From: a virus
Length of the DNA: 42,816 bases
IMG/VR virus record: IMGVR_UViG_3300023112_000003
Reading direction: 5' to 3' (one strand)
The notes beneath the pieces were generated by a model. That model worked only from the letters and a program-made list of their open reading frames with translations. It made no database searches and had not been told where the DNA came from. A program made the position numbers and the translations under genes. Below, piece after piece: positions 1-8,948 of this stretch (position 1 is its first letter; each line of letters opens with the position of its first letter).

Positions 1-127
1 TCCATATAGATGTTGTAGTTAGGGTGGTTGTTCATCCAAGGTCTAAGCTCCATATATACGTCCTCAAGTAGAGTAATATCCCTTTTATTGTAAAGTTTCA
101 TTTTCTTCCAGGCTTTAGGGTCGTCAT
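1..127. repeat. terminal overlap copy 1 (identical to 42690..42816)
   Basis: Base-by-base comparison of the two window ends gives 127/127 identity. Confidence 0.95.
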
Positions 128-608
128 CAACAGCACACCCTTTCCATAACTCCCATCCCCCTGTTTCTATCTTACCCCCTAATCCTAAGGTATGACCCAG
201 GTCGTCTAGCTTATTAGATGTAAATTTGAAATATCGTCGGGCAACTTTTAGTGTGTCTATACTTTTAAACGGTTTAGGTGGTGAAAACCCATGGAAGGCA
301 AAGCGGGCCTGTGCTTTCTTTATATCGAATGCATCTCCATTGTGGGATATGAGTACGTCAGCCTCATCAAAAAGCTCCCACAGCTCCTTACAGAGCCTCT
401 TATCATTAGTCTTATCGTTCTTGTAACCTTTGTAATCGGGGAGTGCCTTAACATAGGACTTCTTTTCACCGAGCCATTTGTAGGCGAACGTGAGCATGTA
501 CCACTCTTTCTCGAAGCTGATAACATTTTGTTCGTATTTCCCCCAAACGTAGGCTAGATTAGCCATCGTCTCGATGTCAAAAACTAAAACCTTTGGCAGG
601 TCAGGCAT
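1..608 (-). CDS. DnaQ-like 3'-5' exonuclease (RNase H fold), N-terminal part; gene wraps through the terminal overlap and ends at 42539 (252 aa in total)
   Basis: Own translation from ATG 608..606: MPDLPKVLVFDIETMANLAYVWG... Exo I DIET, Exo II SHNGDAFD, Exo III YNKRDITLLEDVY. Absent from the ORF track because its stop lies beyond this edge. Confidence 0.8.
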   Translation of the reverse strand, partial: MPDLPKVLVFDIETMANLAYVWGKYEQNVISFEKEWYMLTFAYKWLGEKKSYVKALPDYKGYKNDKTNDKRLCKELWELFDEADVLISHNGDAFDIKKAQARFAFHGFSPPKPFKSIDTLKVARRYFKFTSNKLDDLGHTLGLGGKIETGGWELWKGCAVDDDPKAWKKMKLYNKRDITLLEDVYMELRPWMNNHPNYNIYM

Positions 609-620
609 GCAAAGATTATA
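606..620 (-). promoter_or_regulatory. TATAAT-N6-ATG leaderless-type promoter/start (exonuclease), extended -10 TGG
   Basis: Minus strand reads TGGTATAATCTTTGCATG; no SD. Confidence 0.5.
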
Positions 621-739
621 CCACTTTTATAATAGATGTGTCGGGGTACTTGCATAAGTGTTAAAACACATATAAACTATACTATACCTCTGAAAAGAGA
701 GGGCCAATCTAAGCTGTCGGGTGACATTCTTAAACTGGC

Positions 740-1048
740 CTACTCGTAACCTCTTCGTTTGAAGGGGCGGTGTCGGATCAATCGAGCTGCATACGCATTC
801 TGGTTAGCAAATTTCTTTCTACCAGCCTTGCGATGTATCTCAGATAATCTTTCATGTCTTTTTGCATGACACGGTCTACACACCAATACACCGTTACTGG
901 GATCATCCTTTCCGCCTTCGCTTGTTGGAACTATGTGGTGACACTCAAGCATAGCAAAGTTAGGATGACCCCATTTCACTCCACAATCTCGACACTTGGC
1001 CCCCCCTCGCCCGAAGATAATCTTCCGAACGACCTTTGGAAAGCCCAA
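740..1048 (-). CDS. HNH endonuclease
   Basis: 102 aa with CRDCG..ECHHIVPTSEGGKDDPSNGVLVCRPCHAKRH HNH core. TTG start 6 nt after AAGGAGGTG. Confidence 0.85.
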   Translation of the reverse strand: MGFPKVVRKIIFGRGGAKCRDCGVKWGHPNFAMLECHHIVPTSEGGKDDPSNGVLVCRPCHAKRHERLSEIHRKAGRKKFANQNAYAARLIRHRPFKRRGYE

Positions 1049-1060
1049 TGATCACCTCCT

Positions 1061-1258
1061 TTATACAGCTTTTCCTCTCATATTCTTAGAGAGAATAGTG
1101 TATTTGGCTGCTTTTAGTTCTCCGATGAATTTGTCGAATTTCTCAAAAGCATCCGCCGAATCAACACCCTTAAATGAACGGGTGATCTTCACTATCCCAA
1201 CGGTTCTGGGATGAGTGGCTGATATTTTTGCCGTTAGTAAGAATTTTACTTCCGACAT
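1061..1258 (-). CDS. hypothetical protein (65 aa)
   Basis: ORF preceded by AAGGAGGTTACG-ATG Shine-Dalgarno; no recognisable motif. Confidence 0.5.
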   Translation of the reverse strand: MSEVKFLLTAKISATHPRTVGIVKITRSFKGVDSADAFEKFDKFIGELKAAKYTILSKNMRGKAV

Positions 1259-1273
1259 CGTAACCTCCTTTGG

Positions 1274-1462
1274 TTAGCCTACCCAGTATCCGACTGATAC
1301 TTGGGTGCGTATTTTACTTCCGTCTGCTGTCATGGCCCTTATGTAAGCGTTTTGCCTAGCATGGGCTATTTCTACGGTGGAAGCCCTGAAGTATTTATTC
1401 AGGGTTAAAACCGCCTTACGGGGGGTTACCAAAACCAAGGTCAACTTGATACGGTAACGCAT
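1274..1462 (-). CDS. hypothetical basic protein (62 aa)
   Basis: ORF preceded by AAAGGAGGTACAAG-ATG Shine-Dalgarno. Confidence 0.5.
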   Translation of the reverse strand: MRYRIKLTLVLVTPRKAVLTLNKYFRASTVEIAHARQNAYIRAMTADGSKIRTQVSVGYWVG

Positions 1463-1489
1463 CTTGTACCTCCTTTGTCTACTAGACTG

Positions 1490-1735
1490 TTATTTGACGA
1501 GTTTAGCTTTAACGGCAGGGACGGCTTCTTGAATGAATACTATAGCAAGGTTGATAACCCCGACTAAGTAATCTGCAAGTGCACTGTCCTCTAGCATTCC
1601 CAGTTCAACGGAAATGGCTTTTAATGTGTAGGATACGAAAACATACACAAATACCTTAGCTGTCTTTGGAAGTTTGTTCCAAGTAGTTTTTAATATATCA
1701 GCTACTATTTTTAAGAATTCTTTTACTTTTTTCAT
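1490..1735 (-). CDS. holin-like two-helix membrane protein (81 aa)
   Basis: Internal ATG (MKKVKEF...) preceded by AGGGGTGAA. Hydrophobic helices VFVYVFVSYTLKAISV and LVGVINLAIVFI. Lies directly downstream of the endolysin; the longer track ORF (to 1786) would overlap the endolysin. Confidence 0.5.
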   Translation of the reverse strand: MKKVKEFLKIVADILKTTWNKLPKTAKVFVYVFVSYTLKAISVELGMLEDSALADYLVGVINLAIVFIQEAVPAVKAKLVK

Positions 1736-1739
1736 AAAT

Positions 1740-2618
1740 TCACCCCTTTCTAAATATCTTGGTCCAAATAAATTCGAACCAACCAATTTCTTTTACCTTT
1801 CTCTTAACCTCAATTTTCAAATCTGAGATAGTTTCGTCTCTCTTTAACACCAATTCCCTCTCTTTTTTCAAATTTTCATCCAAATCGCCTATTTTTAGGT
1901 CATTTTCTACCACATAGTTAGCATGCACGTCTTTGAAGGCCGTATATTCGTCTCTAATCAACTTTAACTGCTGGGTGGCATCATCAGTCCCCTTGCGTGC
2001 TGAAATGAGCTGTACGGTCAATTCCTGGCCCTGTTTTTGTTGCTGGTCTATAATTTTGTCTTTAGCAGCAATCTTTTCGACATGTTCAGACCTTTCGTCC
2101 TCTACTTTCTCTTTTAAGTCAAAAACTTGTTGAGTTAACCTCGCAATTTCATCCAAAGGATCTTGTGGATTATTCAAACTCTCAACCCACTCTATTTGAT
2201 TCTTATTAAATGGATCTATATACCCCGCGTAACCATTCCCTCTATCTCTTGGTTTGGGGAATACACCAAAATGTAAGTGGGGTCCTGTGGAGTTTCCTGT
2301 GTTACCAGATTCTCCTATTAAATCTCCTGCGGTTACCTTTGACCCTACGGACAAAGGAGACAAAACCCTCATGTGTGCGTATAGGACACCGCACTCGTCA
2401 TTTTCTATTTTTATGTACTTTCCATAACCACTTGTGTCATTTTCTACTTCTATTATCTTCCCATTTATACAGGAGTATAGGTTGGTCCCGGTTGCGGTAC
2501 CGTAGTCAATTCCGTTGTGGCCCAGCATCCCAAAAGGGGCATACCAGTCTGGATTCTCGCCAAAGCCTTGAGTTAAAGGGAAGTCCCCCTCAAAGAGATC
2601 TTTTTGGAGTTTTATCAT
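1740..2618 (-). CDS. M23 (LytM-type) peptidase endolysin with coiled-coil C-terminal half
   Basis: 292 aa; HNGIDY (HxxxD) and GPHLHF (HxH) metallopeptidase motifs. Charged heptad-like region from about aa 150. Confidence 0.85.
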   Translation of the reverse strand: MIKLQKDLFEGDFPLTQGFGENPDWYAPFGMLGHNGIDYGTATGTNLYSCINGKIIEVENDTSGYGKYIKIENDECGVLYAHMRVLSPLSVGSKVTAGDLIGESGNTGNSTGPHLHFGVFPKPRDRGNGYAGYIDPFNKNQIEWVESLNNPQDPLDEIARLTQQVFDLKEKVEDERSEHVEKIAAKDKIIDQQQKQGQELTVQLISARKGTDDATQQLKLIRDEYTAFKDVHANYVVENDLKIGDLDENLKKERELVLKRDETISDLKIEVKRKVKEIGWFEFIWTKIFRKG

Positions 2619-2630
2619 GTGTTAATTATA
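2616..2630 (-). promoter_or_regulatory. TATAAT-N6-ATG leaderless-type promoter/start (M23 endolysin)
   Basis: Minus strand reads TGATATAATTAACACATG. Confidence 0.5.
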
Positions 2631-2657
2631 TCAATTTAATAATGGATTTGTTTAAAA

Positions 2658-2858
2658 TTACGGTTGAAGGCCCATGTGGATCATTATTTTTACCTGTCTG
2701 TCCACTACCACATCGAGCTTACCCTCTATGGTGTCGTCTCTTCTCTCCTGAGCTTGAACCTGACTATCTATTTTAGCCCCCCATACAACTACAGTTACAG
2801 CTAGCGTAAATAGCCCTAACCAGAATCTTAATTCACCTTTTGTAAGCACGTCCTTCAT
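2658..2858 (-). CDS. small single-pass membrane protein (lysis-cassette associated)
   Basis: 66 aa with TM helix FWLGLFTLAVTVVVWGA, immediately upstream of the endolysin. Confidence 0.45.
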   Translation of the reverse strand: MKDVLTKGELRFWLGLFTLAVTVVVWGAKIDSQVQAQERRDDTIEGKLDVVVDRQVKIMIHMGLQP

Positions 2859-2872
2859 ATACTTTAATTATA
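2856..2872 (-). promoter_or_regulatory. TATAAT-N8-ATG promoter/start (66-aa membrane protein)
   Basis: Minus strand reads TATAATTAAAGTATATG. Confidence 0.4.
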
Positions 2873-2877
2873 CAGCA

Positions 2878-3651
2878 CTATGGGCGGCTGTAGTACCTCC
2901 ATTCGGGCATTGCGTTGATCATGTCTATGTAATTCTGCGGATTCGGCATGTGGGCCTCGTACCTTTTCTTGCCGGGGCGGCCTTCTCTGTCAAACTGCAT
3001 AAAATGTAATAAAGTCTGGGTATCAAAGTCCTCATATTTAAATGATTCTTCATCCATTCCCATATTCGTTGAGATGATATCCCGTAGTGTCTCGTCATAG
3101 GCCCTGGCGTTGTCAGATAAGTCGCCGTAATCTAGTAATTGGTTATTCCTCATAAGACCTACTGGGTTATCTTTGGGCTGTCTCCCACTCTCTATGGCCC
3201 ATTGTGACGCGGATAGTTCCTCTGGTATACCTAATTTGTTAGTTAAAGGCAACCAGGCACTCTCTAAATAGTTTCTAACATCTGGTCTCACATCGTCTTT
3301 TAGCTGTTGTTTTGTCCACTCAGCGTAAGGATTGTCGGGACTTGTAACTCTTCTTGTTCCTATATCTTCTGATTGGGGCCGTACTCCCTCATTAAATTTT
3401 GCCGCCGCTTCTGGATCTACTAGATCTGGTAGAGGCTCTGGCTCTCTGTCAAAGGACTTGCTTATGGTTTTACTCCCAAACAAGGAGCTTAGGAAGCCTT
3501 CTTTTGGTTCCTCTGCCTTAGCCTGTACTCTCTCTTGTGCCTCTTGCTGTTGGGCACCTAGAACTTCTCTAGGCTCTCCGGCCAAAGGACGTATCAGTTC
3601 TCGTGGTTCCTCTTCCTCACCGAATAATTTTCTTAGCCATTCAGGTAACAT
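2878..3651 (-). CDS. virion-associated protein with possible GH73 glucosaminidase-like domain
   Basis: 257 aa. SQWAIESGRQ..NPVGLMRNN..YGDLSDNARAY loosely follows the ESGWG / NNxFGIK / Y pattern of FlgJ-type glucosaminidases. TAATG coupling to the upstream 867-aa gene. Confidence 0.4.
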   Translation of the reverse strand: MLPEWLRKLFGEEEEPRELIRPLAGEPREVLGAQQQEAQERVQAKAEEPKEGFLSSLFGSKTISKSFDREPEPLPDLVDPEAAAKFNEGVRPQSEDIGTRRVTSPDNPYAEWTKQQLKDDVRPDVRNYLESAWLPLTNKLGIPEELSASQWAIESGRQPKDNPVGLMRNNQLLDYGDLSDNARAYDETLRDIISTNMGMDEESFKYEDFDTQTLLHFMQFDREGRPGKKRYEAHMPNPQNYIDMINAMPEWRYYSRP

Positions 3652-6254
3652 TATCTTACCTTAGCCTTTCCAAATATACTTGTCTCATAAAGGACTCCCT
3701 TATCTCTGAGTTCTCCCTGTAATTCTTTTAATAAATCTTTCTGTCTATATTCTCTCTGTTGTTCAATGTCAAAAGAACCTTCTAATTTCTTTGACTTAAT
3801 ACCAAACAGTTGCTCCAATGAGGTTACGCCCGCTGTCTTATCCCCCTCGGCAAGCCTTGTACCAGTGAATAAGAACCTCCCAGCCATTGCTGTAAGTAGA
3901 TGCCATCTAACTGGATCGGCAACTTTTGTTTTTTCGTTATATCCTACGGCGTTCTTTATAATCTTGGGTGCTTTGGCAAACCCTTTAGGCGGTCTGTTGG
4001 ATTGGTCCAGGGGCCTATCAAAGAAGAAGTTCTTGTTAGTTATTAATTCCAAAGGTACCTTGATGAAAGGGCTCATTAAGCTTGTGATGTCGGCCTTGTT
4101 GAGTTTGTTTATGTCTCCCACAGGAAGTCCTAGGTTATAGAGGATTCTAGGAACTCCGTCCTTCTCCCCCGCCTTAATAACGAAACCTTCCTTCATATAG
4201 TCTGGTAGTGCCTCTACATCTATATCACCTTTAGCTGTCCTGCCAACCTTACCTAGGGCGGAGAACTTACCTGGCTGTGCAATTAATTGTTCAAATTGTA
4301 ATGGGATGTTCTTCCTTGTCCATGTATAGAAAGGGACTATTCTTCTCATGACGTTTCTTTCAAATGGTGTAAAGGCTTCTGGTGCATAGTCAAAGTGGAA
4401 TTTAAATACCTTCTTTGTAGCGTCAGCGAATGTGTCCCCTTTATGTAGTGAGTCTAATAGGAGTGTTCCTCTAAGGCGAGTTTCAATGGCGTTCATTACA
4501 TTTTCTGGCCCTTTAGATACCAGCCTACCAACTTTACCTGTCTTACCTGCCTTGGCAACATCTGTGGTTTTGTCTACAGTGGCAGCGATATCTAAGAACC
4601 CCTGACCCCCAACAATACCCCTTTGACTCATAAGCTCTAATAGAGATTTGTATGTTTGTTTCCTACCAGCTATATCTAGTTGCTTTCCACCTATCATGAT
4701 AGCTTCGTCTGCACCTCTGGCTAGTTTCTCTGCCTGTGCGTATCTAGCAGGATTCTTTACTCCCGCTAAGAAGTTGTTAAACATACCACCCATCATGTTT
4801 CTGCCGTGGAATGCTGGGAAGAACCCTGTTACGGATTTCTTCCAAAAGTTTAAGGCCTTGTCGTAGTTCTGTGCCAACTCATTAGTGGCTTTGTCGTTTA
4901 TAAATAACTTGTTCATGGCCTTTAGCTCTTCCGCTATGGCCTCTGGTACATATCTTTCCCCTACACCCTCAGCTAAATCCCCGCCAAGTTTGTTTAGTTT
5001 TTCTAAATCGTCGCCAAAAAATTTAAGAGCGTCACTTGGGGTCTTAACATAGTGTACCCCGTCTTGAATGATCTTGTTCCCAAACTTTGAACCGCCCTTA
5101 CCTAACAGGCCTTCTGCGGTATCGCCAAATACTTTCTCAGCATCTGTTACGATTCCCTTATGTGTTAGGGCTCTGAGGCTGGACTTCTTTCTAACTGTAA
5201 ATGCTTTTAAGGCGTCTTCTTCAAATAGGTCAAATGGCTCTACTCCGGCCTTTTCCAATAGTTCTCGGTAACTCTTGTTCACCTCTACTGCGGAACCTTC
5301 TAACTTTCTACCCTTTTTAAAACCTAGTTTTGTAGGATCGAAACCACCATCCACACCCTTGAAGAACTTTCTTGCTTCTGGTGTTAGGACGTGAGCCATA
5401 TAGTTATCTATGTTACTTTTAATAAGACCTGCGGATGCTTCTTCCCCAAACATGTCTTTGAAACCCTTTTGTAGATATTCGCCTACTGGTTTTAGTTGTT
5501 CTGGTAGTGCTTCCAGGGATCCTGATTCTAACGCTTCTCCTACGAGTCTTCCTGCGTCCTCTGTCTTTGCTACCTCTGGTGTGATGAGTTTTCTTAAACC
5601 TTCTTCTGCTTCCCCTTCTAGGAAACGTCCCTTCTTTAGACTGACGTCAAAGGCCTCTTTGACCTTGGCACCCTCTTTGAATCCGCCCTTCTCTAAACCG
5701 GCCAGGGGGTCAAACGCTTTTCTAGCAAGAGCTGCGGCCTCGTCGGCACCAGCAACTACTTTACCTACGACTGGGGCCTTTCTTAGGGCCTTACCAATCT
5801 TACCTGTTTTACCTACACCTTTAGCCACCTTACCGGCAACCTTCTTTCCACCTTTAGCAAGGAATCCACCAAAATAAGTTGTGGGGTCAAGGAATATATC
5901 TCCGGCAAGACCGCCTATTCTGGCAGCAGCACTGTCTTCTTTTACTCCAAATTCTTGTTCCAGGATATCTTCGTATGTGGGGGCGTCTGTTAGACCTTTC
6001 CCTGAGATTCTCTCCCCGGAAACCTTAGTCTGTTTCTTTAAAGCCTCACCAAATCCTTCCCCTCTAAGAAGACTTTGGGCGAGTGGTGCTGTTTCGAAGG
6101 TGCTTAGAGCACCAAATATTTTATTTAAAAGTGAGACTTTTGGTTTGGGCTCTTCTACGGGGACACCTTCTTCTCTAGCAAGGTCTAGAAGGCTTTCTAT
6201 CTTCTCTTGTGACTCTCCCTTTTGTTTCTTGAGGTTATCGGCAATAATTCCCAT
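3651..6254 (-). CDS. large internal virion / ejection protein candidate (867 aa)
   Basis: Long ORF with GTTAAGGAGGTAAA-ATG SD. Its position after the tail genes and before lysis matches podovirus core proteins. No catalytic motif recognised. Confidence 0.55.
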   Translation of the reverse strand: MGIIADNLKKQKGESQEKIESLLDLAREEGVPVEEPKPKVSLLNKIFGALSTFETAPLAQSLLRGEGFGEALKKQTKVSGERISGKGLTDAPTYEDILEQEFGVKEDSAAARIGGLAGDIFLDPTTYFGGFLAKGGKKVAGKVAKGVGKTGKIGKALRKAPVVGKVVAGADEAAALARKAFDPLAGLEKGGFKEGAKVKEAFDVSLKKGRFLEGEAEEGLRKLITPEVAKTEDAGRLVGEALESGSLEALPEQLKPVGEYLQKGFKDMFGEEASAGLIKSNIDNYMAHVLTPEARKFFKGVDGGFDPTKLGFKKGRKLEGSAVEVNKSYRELLEKAGVEPFDLFEEDALKAFTVRKKSSLRALTHKGIVTDAEKVFGDTAEGLLGKGGSKFGNKIIQDGVHYVKTPSDALKFFGDDLEKLNKLGGDLAEGVGERYVPEAIAEELKAMNKLFINDKATNELAQNYDKALNFWKKSVTGFFPAFHGRNMMGGMFNNFLAGVKNPARYAQAEKLARGADEAIMIGGKQLDIAGRKQTYKSLLELMSQRGIVGGQGFLDIAATVDKTTDVAKAGKTGKVGRLVSKGPENVMNAIETRLRGTLLLDSLHKGDTFADATKKVFKFHFDYAPEAFTPFERNVMRRIVPFYTWTRKNIPLQFEQLIAQPGKFSALGKVGRTAKGDIDVEALPDYMKEGFVIKAGEKDGVPRILYNLGLPVGDINKLNKADITSLMSPFIKVPLELITNKNFFFDRPLDQSNRPPKGFAKAPKIIKNAVGYNEKTKVADPVRWHLLTAMAGRFLFTGTRLAEGDKTAGVTSLEQLFGIKSKKLEGSFDIEQQREYRQKDLLKELQGELRDKGVLYETSIFGKAKVR

Positions 6255-6267
6255 TTTACCTCCTTAA

Positions 6268-7185
6268 CTAAGGGTTCCTCTTTTTAAACTCCTTAAATTG
6301 TTCTTCGAGTTCTGGTGGTACTACCCCTGTTTTTAGATAGGATTCAAGGGCTGCCGGAGTCTGAGGTAAGCCTGTTTTAGGAGTTACCAAACTGTTTACT
6401 GATTCTCTTCTGAAACTTCTAGTGGCTTGCCTCCCCGCTGTGGCTGGGTCTACAGAGATAGGATATACCAATGCTAATTGTTCCATAGCTTCGTCTACTG
6501 TCATAGCACCGTCTCTAACGGCTCCTGATAAGGCTATAACGTCTTCTTTAAAGCCGGGGATATCTGCACCCTCTGTTTCTTCCAGTGCTGTTAGGTATGT
6601 TCGATATCTAGAGCCGAAGTCTGCTGAGTCTTCTGCTGTGCCTGGGGCTGTCTTATCCGCCTGTTGTGCAGAGAACCTTCTTTCAGCTAGTTCGTTCTCT
6701 ATTCTTCTTTGTTCTTCATCAGACTGGAACTTCAACATCTCCAGTGCATCTTGTGCCTGTTGTGCCTCGGATTCTGCCTCAGCCCTCTTTCTCTTGGCTT
6801 GTGCCAAAAGTGAGTTTGCTTCTGCTTCTATGACGCCTGCTAAATCCCCTTCTTGCTGGGTTAATGCTGTGGCTTGTGTGCCCAGTGTTCCTAGGTTTTG
6901 TGCCCTTTGTCTTGATGTTAAAAAGTCTACACTTGTAGGGTCTACTATGTCTCCAGCACGTTCTTTAATCCCGATAGGATCACTTACTAGCTGTCCGGAT
7001 GTTGTACCAACGTCTTGTGCCAATGTACTTATACCCCTCTGTGCCCTGTCAGCCCTAACGGCTTCCATGACATTACCATGTAGAGATGTTGCTGTTGCTT
7101 CAAAACCACCTGCTCCTCTTGCTGTACTTGCGGCGGATTTTCTTTGTTCTTCTATTTTTCTAATATCAGATTCTTGTGTAGGCAT
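6268..7185 (-). CDS. internal virion protein candidate (305 aa, Ala/Gln/Glu-rich coiled coil)
   Basis: ORF in the same operon with a tight junction to neighbours. Composition is typical of ejection/core proteins. Confidence 0.5.
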   Translation of the reverse strand: MPTQESDIRKIEEQRKSAASTARGAGGFEATATSLHGNVMEAVRADRAQRGISTLAQDVGTTSGQLVSDPIGIKERAGDIVDPTSVDFLTSRQRAQNLGTLGTQATALTQQEGDLAGVIEAEANSLLAQAKRKRAEAESEAQQAQDALEMLKFQSDEEQRRIENELAERRFSAQQADKTAPGTAEDSADFGSRYRTYLTALEETEGADIPGFKEDVIALSGAVRDGAMTVDEAMEQLALVYPISVDPATAGRQATRSFRRESVNSLVTPKTGLPQTPAALESYLKTGVVPPELEEQFKEFKKRNP

Positions 7186-7186
7186 A

Positions 7187-8209
7187 TTATCCTCTCAACC
7201 TGTCCAACTCTCGCCTCTTTTGGGCGGCGGTTGCCAAAACTTTTTCTCTTTGAAATTCTCGTTCTTGTTCTCTAGGGGCTAGTTCTCCTGCCTGTAATTC
7301 TTGCTTTCTGGACTCTACTCCCTTTCTTCTTTCTTCTTCTAAATCTGTGATTCTGGTCTTATCAAAAACTGGGGTTATGGCCCTTTCTTTCCTTAGTCTT
7401 TCGACCTCTGTAACGGAGCCTAGCTCTTCCCCAACACCTAAACCTGCGGTTTCCCTGGCTGCTGCCCTTGTGGCTGCTGTTTGGCCGGGATCCCCAATCT
7501 GTCTTATTCTATCCTGTTCTGCCTTTTCCCTAGCTAGTCTGATGTTTTCAACGTCGTATTTTCTACCAGTTTCTACTCTTGTGGCCTCTGCCTCTGTTCT
7601 TCTCTGTAGTCTCTGGAGCTCTAATTCTCTTGTTGTCTCTTCTTTTTGTCTCTCAATACCACCAATACCGCTGGTTAAAGTACCTGCCTGTACCTGAGAT
7701 GTCCTTACATCTTCAAGCCTTTGTGTCCATTCATTCTGCTTTAGGGCGAGGTCTTCCTCTCCCGTGGACGTAATGTCAGAGATTCTATTTATAAATTCTT
7801 CTTCCGTTTGTGCTGATTGTAAATCGTAGTAGGCTAGTTCACTTGAGACTTCCTCTTCCACTTCTCTTATAGTTAATAAGATATCTTCGGCTGTTCTGAC
7901 TTTACCCTCTTTTAATCCTGCCTCTAATTCAGCGGATTTTCTGTCGTAATAAGGTTGTACTTCTTGGATAGCCTTTTCTAAGAACTGTTGCTTTTCCTCA
8001 TCAGTTAAGCCCAGAGGGCCCAACTCATCAAGTTGCCTGTCTAGTGCTATAAGCTCTTTAGTTATTGCCTGTTGTAGGGGTGCTGAGTCGCCACCAATAG
8101 AGTTCCAGTAATCTTCAGTATTATCAAAACCCGCCCTCTCCGCACGTTTCTCAAATTCCTTCTTACCAATACCTAGCTGTTGAGCAGCCCTAGATTTAGA
8201 ATATGCCAT
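7187..8209 (-). CDS. coiled-coil virion protein candidate (340 aa from MAYSKS...)
   Basis: Start chosen at ATG 8209, 9 nt downstream of a TATAAT box. The track ORF extends to 8254. Sequence is highly charged with heptad character. Confidence 0.5.
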   Translation of the reverse strand: MAYSKSRAAQQLGIGKKEFEKRAERAGFDNTEDYWNSIGGDSAPLQQAITKELIALDRQLDELGPLGLTDEEKQQFLEKAIQEVQPYYDRKSAELEAGLKEGKVRTAEDILLTIREVEEEVSSELAYYDLQSAQTEEEFINRISDITSTGEEDLALKQNEWTQRLEDVRTSQVQAGTLTSGIGGIERQKEETTRELELQRLQRRTEAEATRVETGRKYDVENIRLAREKAEQDRIRQIGDPGQTAATRAAARETAGLGVGEELGSVTEVERLRKERAITPVFDKTRITDLEEERRKGVESRKQELQAGELAPREQEREFQREKVLATAAQKRRELDRLRG

Positions 8210-8224
8210 ATATGTGTAATTATA
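8207..8224 (-). promoter_or_regulatory. TATAAT-N9-ATG promoter/start (coiled-coil protein)
   Basis: Minus strand reads TATAATTACACATATATG. Confidence 0.4.
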
Positions 8225-8240
8225 TCGTGTTCTGAGGTTC

Positions 8241-8507
8241 TTATACAGCCCCACTTAGCTTTTTTCTCAGAAACAACTCACCTTTCTCATCCGGTACTAC
8301 TTCACAATCTAGCACCTTAAACTTGTTTTTTCCTAGATATTCCTCTATTTCCAGTGTTTTCTCTAGATCCAGGATACTTCTAGATACATACTTTTTCTCT
8401 ACCCCTTTGGGTTGTATGAGGTTTGGCTTCAGTTCAAACTCGTTGTGTACCCTGCCCATGATTGCCCCATATACCTTACCTGTTAGGTTGTTGTAATAAA
8501 TTATCAT
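8241..8507 (-). CDS. hypothetical protein (88 aa)
   Basis: ORF with ATGA start/stop overlap to the upstream gene. Confidence 0.55.
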   Translation of the reverse strand: MIIYYNNLTGKVYGAIMGRVHNEFELKPNLIQPKGVEKKYVSRSILDLEKTLEIEEYLGKNKFKVLDCEVVPDEKGELFLRKKLSGAV

Positions 8508-8947
8508 GATGTTTCTACCTCTTCCATGAATAATACATAGTCAAACGTGTAGGTATTAGCCAAGCCTGTCCAGGTCCCTGACATAGGCACAAACTGATAT
8601 TTATTAGCAGTTACATATATGTGTGTTGATGTAGCATATGCTGTTAGTGTTTCCGTTGCGTAGTCTCCATCTTTCCCTATTGTTGTAGTGTAATCATAGT
8701 CGCAGTTGACGTAAGCCCCATTAAAATCATTAACCACAAACACCATGAACTGAGGGATATAACCGAAGTCGTGTTGAAAACTACCTACCACGGCGGCAGA
8801 GTCTACATCTGTTGTAGTCGTAACATCTATACTTCCAACTGCCTTTATACTCTTATTCCTGTATTTACTCCAAAAATGATAATCCGAGGGCGTTGTGCTT
8901 GTTATGTCGTTGCCTTCCTTGGCAATTTTTATTCCGTAATTTCCCAT
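8504..8947 (-). CDS. tail-module protein, YGIKIxKEG paralogue family member 1 (147 aa)
   Basis: MGNYGIKIAKEGNDI..HDFGYIPQF..FDYVLF matches the pattern in 10076..10414 and in the C-terminal domain of 8949..10076. Confidence 0.6.
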   Translation of the reverse strand: MGNYGIKIAKEGNDITSTTPSDYHFWSKYRNKSIKAVGSIDVTTTTDVDSAAVVGSFQHDFGYIPQFMVFVVNDFNGAYVNCDYDYTTTIGKDGDYATETLTAYATSTHIYVTANKYQFVPMSGTWTGLANTYTFDYVLFMEEVETS

Positions 8948-8948
8948 G

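Noticed and set aside
1-127. The 127-bp direct terminal repeat as a T7-like physical DTR.
   Set aside because: The repeat lies in the middle of the exonuclease ORF and is bounded exactly by the contig ends. An assembly overlap of a circular or concatemeric template is the simpler explanation.
740-1048. HNH endonuclease as a terminase-associated cos-cleavage partner.
   Set aside because: It is not adjacent to terS/terL in either the linear or the circularised map (more than 10 kb away either way round). It is treated as an ordinary free-standing HNH.
2210-2776. 188-aa plus-strand ORF.
   Set aside because: It is antisense to the M23 peptidase gene and the upstream membrane-protein gene, and has no recognisable motif.
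6422-7282. 286-aa plus-strand ORF, and other long plus-strand ORFs at 5410..5877, 5881..6267 and 3332..3664.
   Set aside because: They are antisense to long minus-strand genes of a coupled operon. Their composition is Ser/Ala/Leu/Cys-rich and low-complexity, and they have no SD or promoter.
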